Notes: generated by a model not told the origin, from the letters alone. Shown: positions 39,671-52,117, counted from the stretch's first letter. The stretch is DNA of 64,000 nucleotides from an uncultured Azospirillaceae bacterium (GCA_964655915.1 CAZZNV010000001.1:102250-166249); one strand, 5' to 3'. A program made the numbers and translations.

Positions 39671-40477
39671 ATGGATTTTTTTAAACTAACTACTTGGAAT
39701 GTAAACTCCGTTCGTATCCGCTTGGAATTACTGAAAAAGCTTGTTGCAGAAGTTTCTCCGGACATTGTCTGCTTGCAGGAAGTGAAAGCTAAAGAAGATG
39801 ACTTTCCTTTTGAGGCCGTGAAAGAGCTCGGATTTCCATATATTGCCCTTTACGGACAGCCTTCTTACAACGGGGTGGCTATCTTATCTAAATTTCTGCT
39901 TAAAGATATTAAACCGCATGATTGGGTCGGCAAACACGATGCCAGACATATCTCAGCAAAGATTTTTGATGATATTGAAATTAATGATATGTATATTCCC
40001 GCCGGAGGGGATATTCCCGATCCGATAGAGAATCTTTCTTTTGCTCACAAATTATGTTTTATGGACGATGTTGCCGAACATTTTGAGCAACACAAAGAGG
40101 CTTTGGTGAAAAAGAAAATGTTGCTTTGCGGCGATTTTAATGTAGCTCCTTCCGAAAATGATGTTTGGAATCATAAGCAGCTACTTAAAATTGTTTCACA
40201 CACTCCCATTGAGATCAGCCGCCTAAATCGCCTGTTTTCTTCATTAGATTTTGTAGATGCGGTTCGTAAAATATATCCGGAACCGGAGAAGATGTTTTCT
40301 TGGTGGAGCTATCGCAACCCCAACTGGGCAACAAACAACAAAGGACGGCGGTTGGATCATATTTGGGTGACGCCACCTTTGGAATCACGCATTTTAGATG
40401 TGCAGATATTGAAAGAAGCTCGCCTTTGGGAGCGCCCTTCCGACCACGTTCCCGTGACGGCAACGATTAAACTTTAA
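39671..40477 (+). CDS. xthA: Exodeoxyribonuclease III (AP endonuclease)
   Basis: 268 aa, …TWNVNSVRIR…VCLQEVKA…, EEP fold, Xth length. Confidence 0.9.
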   Translation: MDFFKLTTWNVNSVRIRLELLKKLVAEVSPDIVCLQEVKAKEDDFPFEAVKELGFPYIALYGQPSYNGVAILSKFLLKDIKPHDWVGKHDARHISAKIFDDIEINDMYIPAGGDIPDPIENLSFAHKLCFMDDVAEHFEQHKEALVKKKMLLCGDFNVAPSENDVWNHKQLLKIVSHTPIEISRLNRLFSSLDFVDAVRKIYPEPEKMFSWWSYRNPNWATNNKGRRLDHIWVTPPLESRILDVQILKEARLWERPSDHVPVTATIKL

Positions 40478-41087
40478 GCTTGTAGCCTCCTTCAAGAGTT
40501 ATGATAAGCTGAGCCGATGAGTCATCGTGCTCAACTTTTTGTCGCAGTCGATAAATGTGCGTTTCTATTGTGTGGGTTGTTGCATCCGGAGCATAACCCC
40601 AAACTTCTTGCAACAACTCATTTTTTGAAACAACTCTTTCGTTTGCTTTAAAAAGATATTTGATAACGGCAACTTCTTTTTCCGTCAGTTTTATCACTTC
40701 ATTATTTCGGTGATTGATAATATCTTTCTTGATTGGACGAACCTCATAATCGTTAAAAGACAAATAACCGTCCGTACTGTTTTCAAAAAGATTTAAGCAG
40801 GCATGCAACTCATCTAAAAATGTCGTTAATTTCATGGGTTTGAAAATTAGATGGTTTGCAGAGCAACTCGAAAGATCGGTCACAGATGTAAATAAGAAAG
40901 AAGGAATATTCTCATATTTTTTTTGCCATGCTTTTAGAACAGACAAATCATCATCAACCATTAAAATATCCGGCACAACCCCGTCTTCCTGATAGAAAAC
41001 CTCAAACTCTTTGGCGTATTGCGCTATCTGGCTAACCAAATCAGATTTAAAATCATCATTGGTTGAGTAAAACAAGATGTTCGGCAT
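40467..41087 (-). CDS. Response regulator, OmpR/PhoB family (short receiver + winged-helix DNA-binding domain), orphan
   Basis: 206 aa with receiver residues (DD, D~47, T/S, K in FKP) and a C-terminal wHTH …THTIETHIYRLRQK…. Confidence 0.7.
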   Translation of the reverse strand: MPNILFYSTNDDFKSDLVSQIAQYAKEFEVFYQEDGVVPDILMVDDDLSVLKAWQKKYENIPSFLFTSVTDLSSCSANHLIFKPMKLTTFLDELHACLNLFENSTDGYLSFNDYEVRPIKKDIINHRNNEVIKLTEKEVAVIKYLFKANERVVSKNELLQEVWGYAPDATTHTIETHIYRLRQKVEHDDSSAQLIITLEGGYKLKV

Positions 41088-41098
41088 TATTTTCTGTC

Positions 41099-42217
41099 CT
41101 AAAAGTTAAAACCAGCACCGATAATGAGAGCATACCCCTGATTATTATTTTCGGTCAAGCCCTTTTGCCCCTCAAAATCAACATGGGCGGCGGCCAAATA
41201 GAGCTCTGCATGTTTGTTAAACTGGTAGCGATTTGCAAAAGTGATTATTTTATCTTGATTTTCAGCGTGTGCAGCCTTTGATTCAAAATATGTTAAAGCA
41301 GACTTAAACGGACCAAATTTATAACCGATACCGACATTCCAGGCCTCTGCCTCTCGATAGCCGTCAAAAAATTCCGGTGTTTGAGCCGTTACGGGTGTCT
41401 TATATCTCTGCTTGCCATCGATATCTGTTTTGCGATATCCGCCGCCCAAGCTCCAATTGCCCACACCAAATTGCATGCTTGCCGTATATTCTTTGTCATC
41501 ATCGTGAAATTCTGCATAACCAACCGTTGTTTTCAGCTCCGCAAAAACCAAATCCTGATAATTATACAAAGAGGCGATATAACCATCGTCCTTCTGATAA
41601 TCCGCAAACTTGTTAATCAAACCTCGACGGTTATAGGCATCCGGAACATATGAAAAACCCAAGATTGTGCTGTAAACTTCCGGTGAAATATAACTGATTT
41701 TCGGAGCAACGCCGTCTGTGTTTATGTAAGTAGTGTTTAGTGTTGCAAATTTTGTGGTCTTACCGTTACGTTTCCAATTTGGGTTAGCCAAAAAATCAAC
41801 AACATCATCGTTTGATGATAAAACTCCGGCGGACGGTGCACCTTCATGAAACTGCGCATCAACGTTAAATGTCTGCCCCAGCATTAGACGTCCGTAAGGA
41901 CTGTCTGCTATAACATAAGCCTCTTCACCCCATGCGCCTTGATTATAGTTTTTAAGCTCTTTATCCGCTCCGCCATTTATATCTAAATTAAAACTTACAC
42001 GGTAATCATCACTAACATCGTATCCGGCGGTGAAGCTTATATCGGCCGTTTCCACGCTCTTATTCTTTTTATTAAGACTGTTAAAACGATGTGGTGAATT
42101 TACGTTACCATACAATCCTTGCGCATGTCCAGAAACGTCCAAATCCCACTGTCCGGCATGGGCGAAACCAGAGAGCAACAGAAAACACGACAGCAGAAAA
42201 GTTCCTTTTAACTTCAT
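41099..42217 (-). CDS. Outer-membrane porin (Rhizobiales Omp2/RopA-type beta-barrel)
   Basis: 372 aa with a signal peptide (…GFAHA), alternating amphipathic beta strands and the C-terminal …GAGFNF. Confidence 0.7.
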   Translation of the reverse strand: MKLKGTFLLSCFLLLSGFAHAGQWDLDVSGHAQGLYGNVNSPHRFNSLNKKNKSVETADISFTAGYDVSDDYRVSFNLDINGGADKELKNYNQGAWGEEAYVIADSPYGRLMLGQTFNVDAQFHEGAPSAGVLSSNDDVVDFLANPNWKRNGKTTKFATLNTTYINTDGVAPKISYISPEVYSTILGFSYVPDAYNRRGLINKFADYQKDDGYIASLYNYQDLVFAELKTTVGYAEFHDDDKEYTASMQFGVGNWSLGGGYRKTDIDGKQRYKTPVTAQTPEFFDGYREAEAWNVGIGYKFGPFKSALTYFESKAAHAENQDKIITFANRYQFNKHAELYLAAAHVDFEGQKGLTENNNQGYALIIGAGFNF

Positions 42218-42361
42218 TTAGAACACCTTTTGTTAGTTTTATTTCATTTTACGATGCGAATCGATAGTGTCAATATAAATCATGCATTCAAAAATTAAAG
42301 GTTTACGGGAATTTATTGCTGGACAAATTTTGCCAAACTCCATTTACATTATATTAAAATT

Positions 42362-44629
42362 ATGATATTATCCTGCTCAGAGAGGCTCTATTTAAAGGAT
42401 GATTTTATCATGGTTGACTTTACAGATACAAATGGACAAATAATCACTGACATTAATAAAAGCAATGTTGAGGCTTTTAGTGATTGGCTTTTATCATTAC
42501 CCCCGAAAGAGAATGTCGGGCGTGTTTACTCCTTTGAAGACAGTTGCGTCTTAGATGTTGCCGCCAATTTCAACCGCTTAAACGACAACGCCAAATATGT
42601 TTTTTACCAAGCTGCCAAAAATGGTTCTTCACGTTGTCTTGACTCTATCATTACAGATATGTCCCCTAAATCTCCGGAAGCTTTTGCTTGGCTTGTGGAT
42701 CGCTCCGGTAACGAGACGTTTTCCGGCGCAACCATTTTTAGTAGATGTGTTAAAGACTACGAAAATTCAGACCCTGATGAAGTGCTTGATAATTTGGTTG
42801 CTCAGTTGAAATATTCCAAAACACCTTGGTACATAGGCTATTCCGTTCCCGACAAAAACAAAGGAGTGCCTTTAAATTTATCATCTTCAGAAAAAAATAA
42901 TCTTAAAACAATTTTGGATATTTCTTTAGGCGAAAACTTCTTAGCCAGATTAAACAACGAGCAAAATAACGAATATATCCAGCGCAAAGAGGCTTCTCAA
43001 TATGCTGCCCAACAGATTATGGAAAATCTGATTAAGGCCTCTTGTCTGGATAACTGCGAGCTTGGAGGCTTTTCCGGAAAAACTCTGCGCGAAAAAGTTG
43101 ATGCCTCTATTCTTGCGGAAAGAGGAAATGCATTTAAATCCCGTCTTAAAAACATGAAACCCAAATTTTACAGCGAACCGCTTGTTGCTGCTGTTGTGGA
43201 GCGGGGTTGTTTCTCTGAATTTTATAAAGATATTCCGCTTGAAAAAATCACACAAAATGTTGTGGCCGCGGCTTTTAAAAGTTCTCACTATCGAAGAGTT
43301 CTCACCCTTGCCGATGCGCTGAAAGAAAAGAAAAAGAAAGGTGAAAAAATTACAGCTCAGGAAGAGAAAAATGCTAAACTTATTGACCCCTCTTATCTGA
43401 AACTGAGAGATGCTCTGGTCAGATTGGCGGATAAACGCGAAATCCATGATCGCAATAATCATGGAGAGGAAAAAACTCTCAACCAACGATACCAAGAACT
43501 TTGCTGCGAAATTTTTTCTGTTAAGGAATTTAAAGATATTCCGGAAAGTTATGTTCCCGGTCTTCTTCAAGATACTTTCGAGCATACAGCCAAAATAGAT
43601 GTTTTGCAAGGTCGCGGAGAAAAGCTCGGTGAAAGAGCTTTACACGCTGTTTTTGTAAAGAAAGAAAATGCTTCTTTGATAGAAAAACTCCCTGATGAAA
43701 CTCGCGTGATTGCAGGAAGATATTCTTATGAACTGGGATTGCAACAAAGAAAATATCAAGAAAAAGGTAATAAAGAACAAAATAATGACATAAGAGTATA
43801 TGCGGCCAGCCTTTCTTTGCAAAAGAGAAAGAAATTTCTTCAGGAAAAAGCCGCCGAATTAGAAAATGACAGAGCAAAATATGAGAACGGTAAAAAAGCC
43901 TTAACGGATGTTCAAACGCTTGAAAAACGCTACGATGAACAAATAAAAATTTTAGATAATAAAATTACCTCAGCAAAAGCTGTTGAAGAATTAAATCGAG
44001 CCTATGTCAATATCCAAGGTTGTTTCAAAGACGGCAAGCCAAACAAACATGAAACGGATTTGATTGCTTCTGTTGTTGAAGAAAAGCTCGGAGAACGATA
44101 TTTTCAACTTTCCGTTCCGGAACAGGGAAGTTTGCCTTTGTTTGGAAGAAAGGCGGAAGCCGAACGAAGAGATAATTTGGAAAGAGCCATAAAAACATTT
44201 AATCAAGGGCTTAAAAACATCCAACCAGACGGGATTGACATTAAACCTTATCTCGGACAGGTTTTGTCTTCTGATGTCTTTAATCGCACAAGAAATGATA
44301 TTTTCAACGCAGAAAAAACAAAGCAAGACCTTCGTTCCGATTGCAAAAACAAAAAAAATGAGATTCTTTACAGTGCGGGCTACCCCTCTGCGAGATACAT
44401 TGCGGAATATGAAGAGAGGGACTTGCTTATAAAACAAGAATTAAAGAAAATAAAAGAAAAAGAAAACAAGCACCGAGAGATTTTTGACGAAGTAATCGGT
44501 CACTCCGGTAAGTCAGAACTGAAACCTGTAACCAAAGATATGGATAAGGGTACGAAAATGAAAGTTCGCGCCGAAAATAAACAGATTCAAGATAAACTGC
44601 TGGCAAAACAAAAACAACAGCGTCATTAA
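42362..44629 (+). CDS. Large hypothetical charged protein (probable start MVDFTDTNGQ ~42410, ~740 aa), lineage-specific candidate effector
   Basis: Long ORF with no signal peptide or TM and Lys/Glu-rich coiled regions. An AAAGGA SD precedes ATG 42410. A strong terminator follows. Confidence 0.55.
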   Translation: MILSCSERLYLKDDFIMVDFTDTNGQIITDINKSNVEAFSDWLLSLPPKENVGRVYSFEDSCVLDVAANFNRLNDNAKYVFYQAAKNGSSRCLDSIITDMSPKSPEAFAWLVDRSGNETFSGATIFSRCVKDYENSDPDEVLDNLVAQLKYSKTPWYIGYSVPDKNKGVPLNLSSSEKNNLKTILDISLGENFLARLNNEQNNEYIQRKEASQYAAQQIMENLIKASCLDNCELGGFSGKTLREKVDASILAERGNAFKSRLKNMKPKFYSEPLVAAVVERGCFSEFYKDIPLEKITQNVVAAAFKSSHYRRVLTLADALKEKKKKGEKITAQEEKNAKLIDPSYLKLRDALVRLADKREIHDRNNHGEEKTLNQRYQELCCEIFSVKEFKDIPESYVPGLLQDTFEHTAKIDVLQGRGEKLGERALHAVFVKKENASLIEKLPDETRVIAGRYSYELGLQQRKYQEKGNKEQNNDIRVYAASLSLQKRKKFLQEKAAELENDRAKYENGKKALTDVQTLEKRYDEQIKILDNKITSAKAVEELNRAYVNIQGCFKDGKPNKHETDLIASVVEEKLGERYFQLSVPEQGSLPLFGRKAEAERRDNLERAIKTFNQGLKNIQPDGIDIKPYLGQVLSSDVFNRTRNDIFNAEKTKQDLRSDCKNKKNEILYSAGYPSARYIAEYEERDLLIKQELKKIKEKENKHREIFDEVIGHSGKSELKPVTKDMDKGTKMKVRAENKQIQDKLLAKQKQQRH

Positions 44630-44640
44630 TATTTTTACGA

Positions 44641-44670
44641 AAAAGCCCTCTTTGGAAGAGGGCTTTTTTA
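44641..44670. terminator. Bidirectional rho-independent terminator between the large hypothetical gene and gyrB
   Basis: AAAA-GCCCTCTT-TGG-AAGAGGGC-TTTTTT. Confidence 0.7.
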
Positions 44671-44674
44671 CCGG

Positions 44675-47182
<2,508 letters not shown>

Positions 47183-47231
47183 TTACCAAGCAAAAAAGCA
47201 TTGTTTTCTGCTGTTTTGGGGATAAAAACGT

Positions 47232-48620
47232 ATGAAATATACGACTCGATTTTTCTTGATGAAAAAGCTTAATTACGATATAATGATTCTATATTCTTTA
47301 TGGGAGGTATTTATGGCTGAATATAAGAAAAAATTTATCTTGAATTTTGAGTCCGGATTAAGTGAACAACATAAAAAATGGGCGAAAGAAGCCGTAAAGG
47401 AATTTATCGCTTTGTTTCCCGAATATGAGGACTGTTTTGAAATCAGTCAGGAAAAAAACAGATTTACAAAAGAACAAGCAGAGGAATTTCTAAACGAAAT
47501 AAGAAGAAAAAATCCGAACGTAACTGATGCTCAGCTTTCTAGCCTTATTGAAAAACAGCCTGACGGTTCATACCTGTATAAATGGGGCGCAGATTATATT
47601 TTTCAAAAATCTTCCACCGACGAAAAACTTGATTTGTTAAAATGGCCCACAGTAGATGAAACACTTCATCCTTCCGGTCAAACCGCCAAAGACCCTCTAA
47701 ATATTTACATATCAAACAGAGAAACCACCTTTGCTTACGGAAGAACATCTGCTGTGGGAAATGTTTGTATTTCCGCTCCGGAAGCTGATAAAATAATGCC
47801 GGAACACAGAGAACGTCATTTTAAGGATATTATTCTTCATGAGATGGGACACCATTTTGGTGCCGTAAACTCTAACAGCCCTAACGCCATTGATGATTTA
47901 GGCTGGCATTCGACAGACCCTGATTGCTTAATGTACCACAAGGCCTACACAAAAGAAGCCTTCCTTAATCGGCATAGTTCTCCTGAAAAACCTTTATTTT
48001 CTCAAGAATGCATGAATAATATGCGCCATAATATGGAGCAGCATCTCGGTTTTACGCAAAAACAACAAAGACCTGCAGACTTGACCATTAGCGATACGGA
48101 AGAAAATCTACCACCGGTTTCTCCTAAACAGGTACCTATTTACAAGAAACACTGGCGGGAATTTGCTCAATCCGTTGCAGAAAAAATTGGCGCAGAATAT
48201 GAAGAAAATACCGAGGTCAACCATTTTAGCGCACAACTCAAAAACAGAGATAATTCTTTTGTTCAAATTGCCGCAACTTCCGAAACGAATGTTTCCCTCA
48301 GTGCAAAAGATAAAAACGGAGAAAAAGCTATTCCTCCGCTGAAAGTATTTAAAGAACTTGCGGCTAAAGCTGCTTCGGAAAACAAGCCTATTTCTTTTGG
48401 CTCTATCCAAGATGCTGAATTTAAAGCACGCCTTTTGATTGCCTGCATGGAAAGCAATCCGCCCGTTAAAATGCAAAACGCTCCGGAAATCAACGAAGAA
48501 TTCTTGGCCGGTCTTGATAAAAACAGCGCTCAAAAGCTTAGAAGCTTACAAAACAAAGAACAAACGGTAGGACAGCCGTTGATTCTTAATCAGCTACCGA
48601 AAAAGCAACGAGATTCTTAA
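47232..48620 (+). CDS. Metzincin-like zinc metalloprotease candidate (HEMGHHFG…H…CLMY), no signal peptide; probable start MAEYKKKF ~47313
   Basis: HExxHxxG zinc-binding motif followed by a Met-turn-like CLMY (…ILHEMGHHFGAVNSNSPNAIDDLGWHSTDPDCLMYH…). A GGGAGG SD precedes ATG ~47313. Confidence 0.55.
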   Translation: MKYTTRFFLMKKLNYDIMILYSLWEVFMAEYKKKFILNFESGLSEQHKKWAKEAVKEFIALFPEYEDCFEISQEKNRFTKEQAEEFLNEIRRKNPNVTDAQLSSLIEKQPDGSYLYKWGADYIFQKSSTDEKLDLLKWPTVDETLHPSGQTAKDPLNIYISNRETTFAYGRTSAVGNVCISAPEADKIMPEHRERHFKDIILHEMGHHFGAVNSNSPNAIDDLGWHSTDPDCLMYHKAYTKEAFLNRHSSPEKPLFSQECMNNMRHNMEQHLGFTQKQQRPADLTISDTEENLPPVSPKQVPIYKKHWREFAQSVAEKIGAEYEENTEVNHFSAQLKNRDNSFVQIAATSETNVSLSAKDKNGEKAIPPLKVFKELAAKAASENKPISFGSIQDAEFKARLLIACMESNPPVKMQNAPEINEEFLAGLDKNSAQKLRSLQNKEQTVGQPLILNQLPKKQRDS

Positions 48621-48930
48621 CTTCTAACTTTGGATTCGTTTTGGATTCGCGCCGAATTTGTTGAAATTCGGCGTTTATTTTAAGGACGAATCCATATTTT
48701 TTTATTTTTCGCAAAGTGAATCTGGACTTGATTTTGGCGCGAATCGGCAGATTGATTCAACAGAATCGGTAATAAAATATTAACTTTTATCTTTTTAGAA
48801 TCCTCTCATAACAGCAATTCTGCAGGTTGTTGTTTGACAAAGCTTTGTTTCTTGATGAAAAATTATTGAGGTTGAAAAGGCATTATTTTTACCGGTTGAG
48901 TTGTCGCAGCCGATGAAAGTAGGATTCGTC
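48612..48930. promoter_or_regulatory. Dense cluster of ~10 GANTC sites (four as GGATTCG/CGAATCC) in a gene-free convergent intergenic region
   Basis: GANTC sites at ~48612, 48633, 48644, 48688, 48718, 48741, 48754, 48763, 48798 and 48923. A TTGACA -35-like hexamer sits at ~48832. Confidence 0.4.
48649..48681 (+). terminator. Rho-independent terminator after the metzincin-like gene
   Basis: CGCCGAATTT-GTTGA-AAATTCGGCG is a 10-bp perfect stem followed by TTTATTTT. Confidence 0.6.
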
Positions 48931-49016
48931 CGGCAAAAGAATTTTGCGCTATGACCAAGCATGGTTGAAACCTCATTCCATATTATCTTTGTGGTTATTA
49001 TGTGAAAAGCTTTATC

Positions 49017-51770
49017 TTAGTGTGCTTCTGCCCAGTTATCTCCTATTCCGGCTTCAGCGATAAAGGGCACTTTGAGTTTTACAATATTTTCCATCGTTTC
49101 TTTGATTAATAACCGAGCTGTTTCCGCCTCGGACTCCGGTGCTTCAAAAACAAGTTCATCGTGAACTTGCAGCAACATACGTGTTTGCATGCCGCGATGC
49201 TTTAATTCATTTTCAATTTTATTCATTGCCAATTTGATAATATCTGCTGCACCGCCCTGAATTGGAGCGTTGATTGCTGCTCGTTCCGCATTAGACACTA
49301 CTCTTTTATTGCTGTCATTAATCCCAAATATGGAACACTTTCGCCCAAAAGGTGTTTCCACATAGCCATGCGCATGAGCAAACTTTATCGTTTCTTCCAT
49401 ATAGGCTTTGATTTCCGGCATTTGCGCAAAATAAGCGTCTATATAGGCCTTTGCCTCTTCGGTACTGACATCTATATTTTTGGACAAGCCATAAGCGGAT
49501 ATGCCGTAAACAATCCCAAAATTAATAGCTTTAGCCTGGCGGCGTAAGTTAGCATCAACCTGTTCCAAGGGAATGCCAAAAACATGAGAAGCTGTTGCCG
49601 CATGGACATCTACGCCATCGGCAAAGGCCTTTTGCAATCTTTTGACATCGGCGACAGAAGCCAATAAACGAAGTTCTACTTGGGAATAATCGCAAGAAAT
49701 TAATTTCCACCCCTGACGAGCAATGAAACAGGCTCTTATCTTTTTGCCCTCTTCACTGCGAATTGGAATATTTTGCAAATTCGGATTATTAGACGCCAAA
49801 CGCCCCGTGTTGGCTACAATTTGTGCGTAGGTTGTGTGAACTCGCTGGTCTTTATCCATTAGAGAAAACAGGGAATCTGTATAGGTTGACCTGAGCTTGC
49901 TAAATTCTCGCCATTCTAAAATTCCTGCCGCCAATTCAACGCCATCTTCCGCTAATTTTTCTAAAACATCAGCTCCTGTCTGCCACGCTCCCGTCGCTGT
50001 CTTTTTGCCTTTTCTGCCTTGTTTGCTGAACAATATTTCCCCGATTTGCTTCGGAGAACCAATGTTAAATTCCTCTCCGGCCAAAGCAAACACTCTTTGC
50101 TCAATCTCGCGCAAACGACTATCAAAATAAGCGCTTAACCCTTTCAGCGCCTCTGCATTCACTTTTATGCCTCTCTTTTCCATTGCTTGCAGTGTCGCAA
50201 TTAACGGGCGGTCAAAATTTTCATAAACGGCAACTTTTTTTTCGCTTAACAATCTGGGTTTCAGAATTTGCCACAGTCGCAAAATATAATCTGCACGCTG
50301 CGCCATATATTCCATCGCCTGTTTGGCATCAACATTTTCAATTGGTGTTTTATTTTTTCCTGAACCGGTGATGTCTTCAAAATGCAGCGGTTTAACATCT
50401 AAGAACTTTACCATTAAATCTTCAACATTATGTCCGTGTTCAGAACTGTCTAAATCATACGACATAACACTGATGTCTTCTATGGGGAAAAACTCGCTTT
50501 GCTCTACCGCTTTACCCAAGAAATGCATAACAGATTTGATATTATGACCTATTTTCAAGATTGACTTATCCGCCAGTAAAGGCTGCAAAAACTTTCCCAC
50601 CTCTTTTGCGGATAAACATGAAGCTGTTTTTAAGGCAAAAAGATCCAAATTTTGCGTTTGACAATCGCTGCCTAAAGGAATGTAACAAGCTTTTCCAGCC
50701 GAACACCCCAAAGACAAACCTATCATGTTATCAAAAACGGGATCGAGTCCTGTTGTCAACACTGCCAGAGAAAAAAATCTTTGTTCTTTTATTTTTTTAA
50801 TCCATTTTTCTAGGGCAGAAGCCGTCTGTACCAGTTCATATTCCGTTTTTACGCCCTCTGATTTAAATACAGCGTTCTTCTCTATAATCTCTGACACTTT
50901 AGAACACCGTTCATACAGCCATTTATCAGCTCTTAAGCGCAACGAACGGAAACCATATTTTTCTATGAAACTCATCAAAATTTCTTCATCAGGCAAGCAA
51001 CATTCAAAATCAGAAATCGCTTTTTCAACGGGAACGTCCGTTTTTAGCGTTACTAATTGCAGTGATATTTTGGCGTTTTCAATATTCTCAAGCAATGCTT
51101 CTCGGCGCTTATTTTGTTTGATTTCTCCGGCATGCGCCAAAACTTCTTCTAAAGAACCATATTCATTTATCAATTGTGCCGCCGTTTTGGGACCAATCCC
51201 CGGCACGCCGGGAACGTTATCTATGCTATCTCCGGACAAGGCTTGAACATCTACAACTTTATCCGGATAAACGCCAAATTTTTCGCGAACATCTTCCGGG
51301 GTGAAAAACTTATCTTTCATGGGATCATAAAGCTCCACCCCCGGACGAATCAGTTGCATGAGGTCTTTATCCCCTGAGACGACAACAACATCTATTCCCT
51401 GTTCTTCTGCCTGTTTGGCATAGGTGGCTATCAGGTCATCAGCTTCATAACCTTCCATTTCCATGTAACTCAGGTTTAGTGCTTTAACCGCCTCGCGAAT
51501 GATAGAAAACTGCGGAATCAAATCCTCCGGCGTTTCTTTGCGAGTTCCTTTATAATCCGGAAAAATATTGTTACGAAAATTTTGACGCTTAGCATCAAAC
51601 AAAACCAGACAATAATCACACGGAATTTGAGTTGTCAGCTTCATAAACATATTAGTGAAGCCGAAAACGGCATTAACCGGTGTTCCTTCAGGAGAAGTTA
51701 GTGGCGGCAAACCGTAAAAAGCCCGAAAAATATAACCGGAGCCATCAATCAAACAAATCTTTTGCGCCAT
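49017..51770 (-). CDS. polA: DNA polymerase I
   Basis: 917 aa with a 5'-3' exonuclease N-terminus (MAQKICLIDGSGYIFRAFY), a 3'-5' exonuclease domain and a polymerase domain. Confidence 0.95.
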   Translation of the reverse strand: MAQKICLIDGSGYIFRAFYGLPPLTSPEGTPVNAVFGFTNMFMKLTTQIPCDYCLVLFDAKRQNFRNNIFPDYKGTRKETPEDLIPQFSIIREAVKALNLSYMEMEGYEADDLIATYAKQAEEQGIDVVVVSGDKDLMQLIRPGVELYDPMKDKFFTPEDVREKFGVYPDKVVDVQALSGDSIDNVPGVPGIGPKTAAQLINEYGSLEEVLAHAGEIKQNKRREALLENIENAKISLQLVTLKTDVPVEKAISDFECCLPDEEILMSFIEKYGFRSLRLRADKWLYERCSKVSEIIEKNAVFKSEGVKTEYELVQTASALEKWIKKIKEQRFFSLAVLTTGLDPVFDNMIGLSLGCSAGKACYIPLGSDCQTQNLDLFALKTASCLSAKEVGKFLQPLLADKSILKIGHNIKSVMHFLGKAVEQSEFFPIEDISVMSYDLDSSEHGHNVEDLMVKFLDVKPLHFEDITGSGKNKTPIENVDAKQAMEYMAQRADYILRLWQILKPRLLSEKKVAVYENFDRPLIATLQAMEKRGIKVNAEALKGLSAYFDSRLREIEQRVFALAGEEFNIGSPKQIGEILFSKQGRKGKKTATGAWQTGADVLEKLAEDGVELAAGILEWREFSKLRSTYTDSLFSLMDKDQRVHTTYAQIVANTGRLASNNPNLQNIPIRSEEGKKIRACFIARQGWKLISCDYSQVELRLLASVADVKRLQKAFADGVDVHAATASHVFGIPLEQVDANLRRQAKAINFGIVYGISAYGLSKNIDVSTEEAKAYIDAYFAQMPEIKAYMEETIKFAHAHGYVETPFGRKCSIFGINDSNKRVVSNAERAAINAPIQGGAADIIKLAMNKIENELKHRGMQTRMLLQVHDELVFEAPESEAETARLLIKETMENIVKLKVPFIAEAGIGDNWAEAH

Positions 51771-51829
51771 AAAGGGCCTCCTTTAAAAACTCAGAAGCTG
51801 AAAACACTTTCAATATAAACGACAAAAAA

Positions 51830-52030
51830 CTATTCGCCAATAGATAAAAAGAAAGAACGCTCTAAACTGTCAACCGCACACAAATCTGTTTTGTAATTAT
51901 CTTGACTCGTTTCAATATATTCATAAAGAGCCTGATTTACGCAATCTTCAAAGCTTTGTTTCTTTTGTTCTGCCAATATCATGATTTTTTGCCTTAAATC
52001 TTCAGAGATTGCTACGGAAAAACGTCTCAT
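51830..52030 (-). CDS. Ribbon-helix-helix (CopG/ParD/Arc-like) small DNA-binding protein, orphan
   Basis: 66 aa, MRRFSVAISEDLRQKIMILAEQKKQSFEDCVNQALYEYIE has the beta-alpha-alpha RHH pattern. Sits 59 nt upstream of polA on the same strand. Confidence 0.55.
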   Translation of the reverse strand: MRRFSVAISEDLRQKIMILAEQKKQSFEDCVNQALYEYIETSQDNYKTDLCAVDSLERSFFLSIGE

Positions 52031-52117
52031 AAAACCTTCCTTAACTTCTTTATGTTATTGCATAGTTTATTTGTAGAACAGACAGAGACTCCAGACAAGC
52101 GTTAAAAGGGTAAAAAA

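Noticed and set aside
42950-43609. 219-aa minus-strand ORF
   Set aside because: Antisense inside the 755-aa gene. Phe/Ile-rich nonsense typical of the antisense frame of Lys/Glu-rich coding DNA.
50725-51246. 173-aa + strand ORF
   Set aside because: Antisense within polA, whose frame is unambiguous.
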